From NCBI GenBank assembly GCA_964016885.1, contig OZ024744.1, positions 109,616,001-109,680,000 of the forward strand: a DNA stretch of 64,000 nucleotides, written 5' to 3'. Origin of the DNA: Eledone cirrhosa. Taxonomy: Eukaryota. Of the stretch, positions 63,201 through 64,000 are shown piece after piece (the first letter of the stretch is position 1; each line of letters starts with the position of its first letter). The notes beneath the pieces were generated by a model. It made no database searches and was not told the origin of the DNA. It saw only the letters and a list, made by a program, of their open reading frames with translations. Position numbers and translations under genes: made by a program.

Positions 63201-64000
63201 ACTTGAGAAATAATATCAGACTGAACCAATAGAGGGAACTAGAGAAATAATATCAGACTGAACCAATACAGGGAACTAGAGAAATAATATCAGACTGAAC
63301 CAATACAGGGAACTAGAGAAATAATATCAGACTGAACCAATACAGGGAACTAGAGAAATAATATCAGACTGAACCAATACAGGGAACTAGAGAAATAATA
63401 TCAGACTGAACCAATACAGGGAACTAGAGAAATAATATCAGACTGAACCAATACAGGGAACTAGAGAAATAATATCAGACTGAACCAATAGAGGGAACTA
63501 GAGAAATAATATCAGACTGAACCAATACAGGGAACTAGAGAAATAATATCAGACTGAACCAATACAGGGAAATAGAGAAATAATATCAGACTGAACCAAT
63601 ACAGGGAACTAGAGAAATAATATCAGACTGAACCAACACAGGGAAATAGAGAAATAATATCAGACTGAACCAATACAGGAAACTAGAGAAATAATATCAG
63701 ACTGAACCAATAGAGGGAATTAGAGAAATAATATCAGACTGAACCAATAGAGAGAACTAGAGAAATAATATCAGACTGAACCAATAGAGGGAACTAGAGA
63801 AATAATATCAGACTGAACCAATACAGTGAACTAGAGAAATAATATCAGACTGAACCAATAGAGGGAACTAGAGAAATAATATCAGACTGAACCAATACAG
63901 GGAACTAGAGAAATAATATCAGACTGAACCAATAGAGGGAACTAGAGAAATAATATCAGACTGAACCAATACAGGGAACTTGAGAAATAATATCAGACTG
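53530..64000. repeat. Tandem duplication of a 160-monomer block (5,921 bp); second copy starts at about 59450 and is cut by the window end
   Basis: GAAACAAT 54921/60842, GAATAAAT 55936/61857 and ACCAACACAG 57711/63632 are all 5,921 bp apart (160 x 37 + 1). Confidence 0.9.

Larger units (their letters stand above)
1..64000. repeat. 37-bp tandem satellite/minisatellite array, about 1,730 monomers in one orientation, truncated by both window ends
   Basis: CAATA(C/G)AGGGAACTAGAGAAATAATATCAGACTGAAC repeats continuously. Phase checked every 2,220 bp (60 monomers) gives a net offset of only 7 bp across the window, so (64000+7)/37 is about 1,730. Most monomers differ from consensus at 0-2 positions. 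Confidence 0.99.

Noticed and set aside
1-64000. CRISPR array (37-bp unit ending in GAAC, minus strand starting GTTCAG, short internal dyad)
   Set aside because: The units abut directly with no unique spacers, and there is no leader or cas gene.
1-64000. Giant repeat-protein coding sequence
   Set aside because: 37 is not a multiple of 3. The + strand consensus has TAG (pos 14), TAA (22) and TGA (33), one in each frame. The minus strand has TGA and TAG, and the frame shift per monomer closes every frame within about two monomers.
1-64000. Telomerase-synthesised telomeric repeat
   Set aside because: No match to telomere motifs I know. Variants are inherited in kilobase blocks, which indicates DNA-level duplication rather than copying from one RNA template. 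A subtelomeric location cannot be excluded.
1-64000. Variant order as a code or as a library of diversity cassettes
   Set aside because: The order is adequately explained by nested duplications. No expression site, recombinase or reverse transcriptase is present.
1-64000. G-quadruplex or large hairpin structures
   Set aside because: There is only one GGG run per 37 bp (34-nt loops), the dyads have 4-bp arms or less, and no inverted segment of the array was seen.
1-64000. Plasmid iterons, viral origin repeats or a mitochondrial control-region VNTR
   Set aside because: Copy number and length are far beyond what is typical for these, and there is no flanking unique sequence to support them.

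Overview
The whole 64-kb window is one uninterrupted, head-to-tail tandem array of about 1,730 copies of a 37-bp monomer (consensus CAATACAGGGAACTAGAGAAATAATATCAGACTGAAC; 18 A, 7 G, 6 C, 6 T; about 35% GC; no CpG), and it runs off both ends. I found no genes, RNA genes, transposons, unique spacers or inversions, and the consensus has stop codons in all three + strand frames. It looks like eukaryote-type satellite or long minisatellite DNA, but I cannot assign the organism or family. The information lies in the order of variant monomers. Rare substitutions reveal nested, mostly tandem block duplications of roughly 10 to 160 monomers, a cassette of variant monomers that recurs more than 20 times, local 74-bp dimer alternation, and variants confined to regions. 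The 37-bp register is kept almost perfectly: I saw only two indel events, each copied by later duplication. I see no evidence for a new gene-based system. All distances were counted by hand from marker variants, and block boundaries are approximate.
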